Of a stretch of 64,000 bases of DNA, positions 63,443 through 64,000 are shown one piece after another. Numbering within the stretch: position 1 is the stretch's first letter; every line of letters starts with the position of its first letter. A program made the translations under genes and the position numbers. The stretch is from a virus. Its lineage: Duplodnaviria; Caudoviricetes. A model generated the notes under the pieces. That model worked only from the letters and a program-made list of their open reading frames with translations, had not been told where the DNA came from and searched no databases. Location: IMG/VR virus record IMGVR_UViG_3300037722_000745, positions 128,001 to 192,000 of that record. The stretch is one strand, 5' to 3'.

Positions 63443-64000
63443 ACTCCCTCAAAGCCTCGTCTGCATCCCGTTCAGCCGCAGACAATTCACCCTCCAATCG
63501 ATTCACAATTTGAAGCATTCTCAGTAAGCACTGCTCCCAAGCCGAAAGACGGCCGTACTTACTTTCAGCTGCTCCCAACGGATCCAACGCTGGAGCTTCA
63601 ACGTCCTGAGACTTCTGCATCCGTTCAAAAAATGCCTTCAGGAATCTCAGTCTCATGGACCATGCCGCCAAGGTCCGGTACTTCTCTTCCAACAGCGTAG
63701 AGCTAGCTGGAGAAGGAACGGCTATCTCCTCCACCTTAGACAGGGCTTCCACACCTCGGGTTTTCCCTGCCAACGCCTCAGCAAAAGACCTAAGAGACAG
63801 GTATGTCTCCCCACTGCTCTGTAGAGCGGAGATCTCTGGGACCTCTACACTCTCAACCGAAGACAGGTCTTTCACACACTTAGCGACGCTCAACAGAATC
63901 CCTAAGTACCGATCCAGACGTTCTACTTCTACCTCTGCTTCATAAGCTTGGCGCCCCAAATCTTCAACGCTACCAACCCTGGACACAACCTCGTCAAGTC
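63378..64000 (-). CDS. sbcC: SbcC/Rad50 N-terminal half, 5'-truncated by the window edge, ending at the zinc hook
   Basis: Frame is open to 64000; coiled-coil repeats end in GVCPTCNRAL about 10 aa before the stop. Confidence 0.7.
   Translation of the reverse strand, partial: LDEVVSRVGSVEDLGRQAYEAEVEVERLDRYLGILLSVAKCVKDLSSVESVEVPEISALQSSGETYLSLRSFAEALAGKTRGVEALSKVEEIAVPSPASSTLLEEKYRTLAAWSMRLRFLKAFFERMQKSQDVEAPALDPLGAAESKYGRLSAWEQCLLRMLQIVNRLEGELSAAERDADEALREFGVLGVCPTCNRALYEAHEHV

Noticed and set aside
174-63945. Numerous plus-strand ORFs in the track (e.g. 3064..3618, 7991..8554, 15560..16057, 17942..18547, 19986..20606, 29054..29572)
   Set aside because: All lie opposite well-supported, tightly coupled minus-strand genes and show no recognisable motifs.
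1-64000. tRNA, rRNA, CRISPR arrays or IS elements
   Set aside because: None recognised by eye; intergenic gaps are short. tRNAscan-SE, Infernal and a CRISPR finder would be needed to exclude small elements.
1-64000. Stop-codon reassignment
   Set aside because: Long genes translate fully with the standard code, and TGA, TAG and TAA all terminate coupled ORFs.

Overview
This window is part of a large tailed dsDNA phage genome (Caudoviricetes-like, moderately GC-rich; host cannot be determined from the sequence). Every credible gene is on the minus strand. About 53.1-64.0 kb is a bacterial-type replication, recombination and transcription module: SbcC split into two genes, SbcD, a PD-(D/E)XK nuclease, a probable sliding clamp, a DnaG-like TOPRIM protein, DnaX, a NusG/5'-3' exonuclease fusion and a tandem sigma-region-4 protein. 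About 1-53.0 kb is a head, neck and fibre module: terminase subunits, portal, prohead protease, scaffold, decoration proteins, HK97-fold major capsid protein, fibres and neck proteins. It ends in a Dps-like gene and an actin-like ATPase that runs off the left edge and is absent from the ORF track. The assembly genes carry four inteins: one in the portal, two in the protease, and an atypically split intein (43-aa IntN, 133-aa IntC) in a probable neck gene, with a free-standing Vsr/DUF559-type endonuclease gene between its halves. Other notable signals are a recurring [KR]-[TQVS]-A motif in putative head proteins, a candidate late-promoter motif, and a homing-endonuclease/UNG chimeric pseudogene. 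All assignments come from manual motif recognition; no database searches were run.
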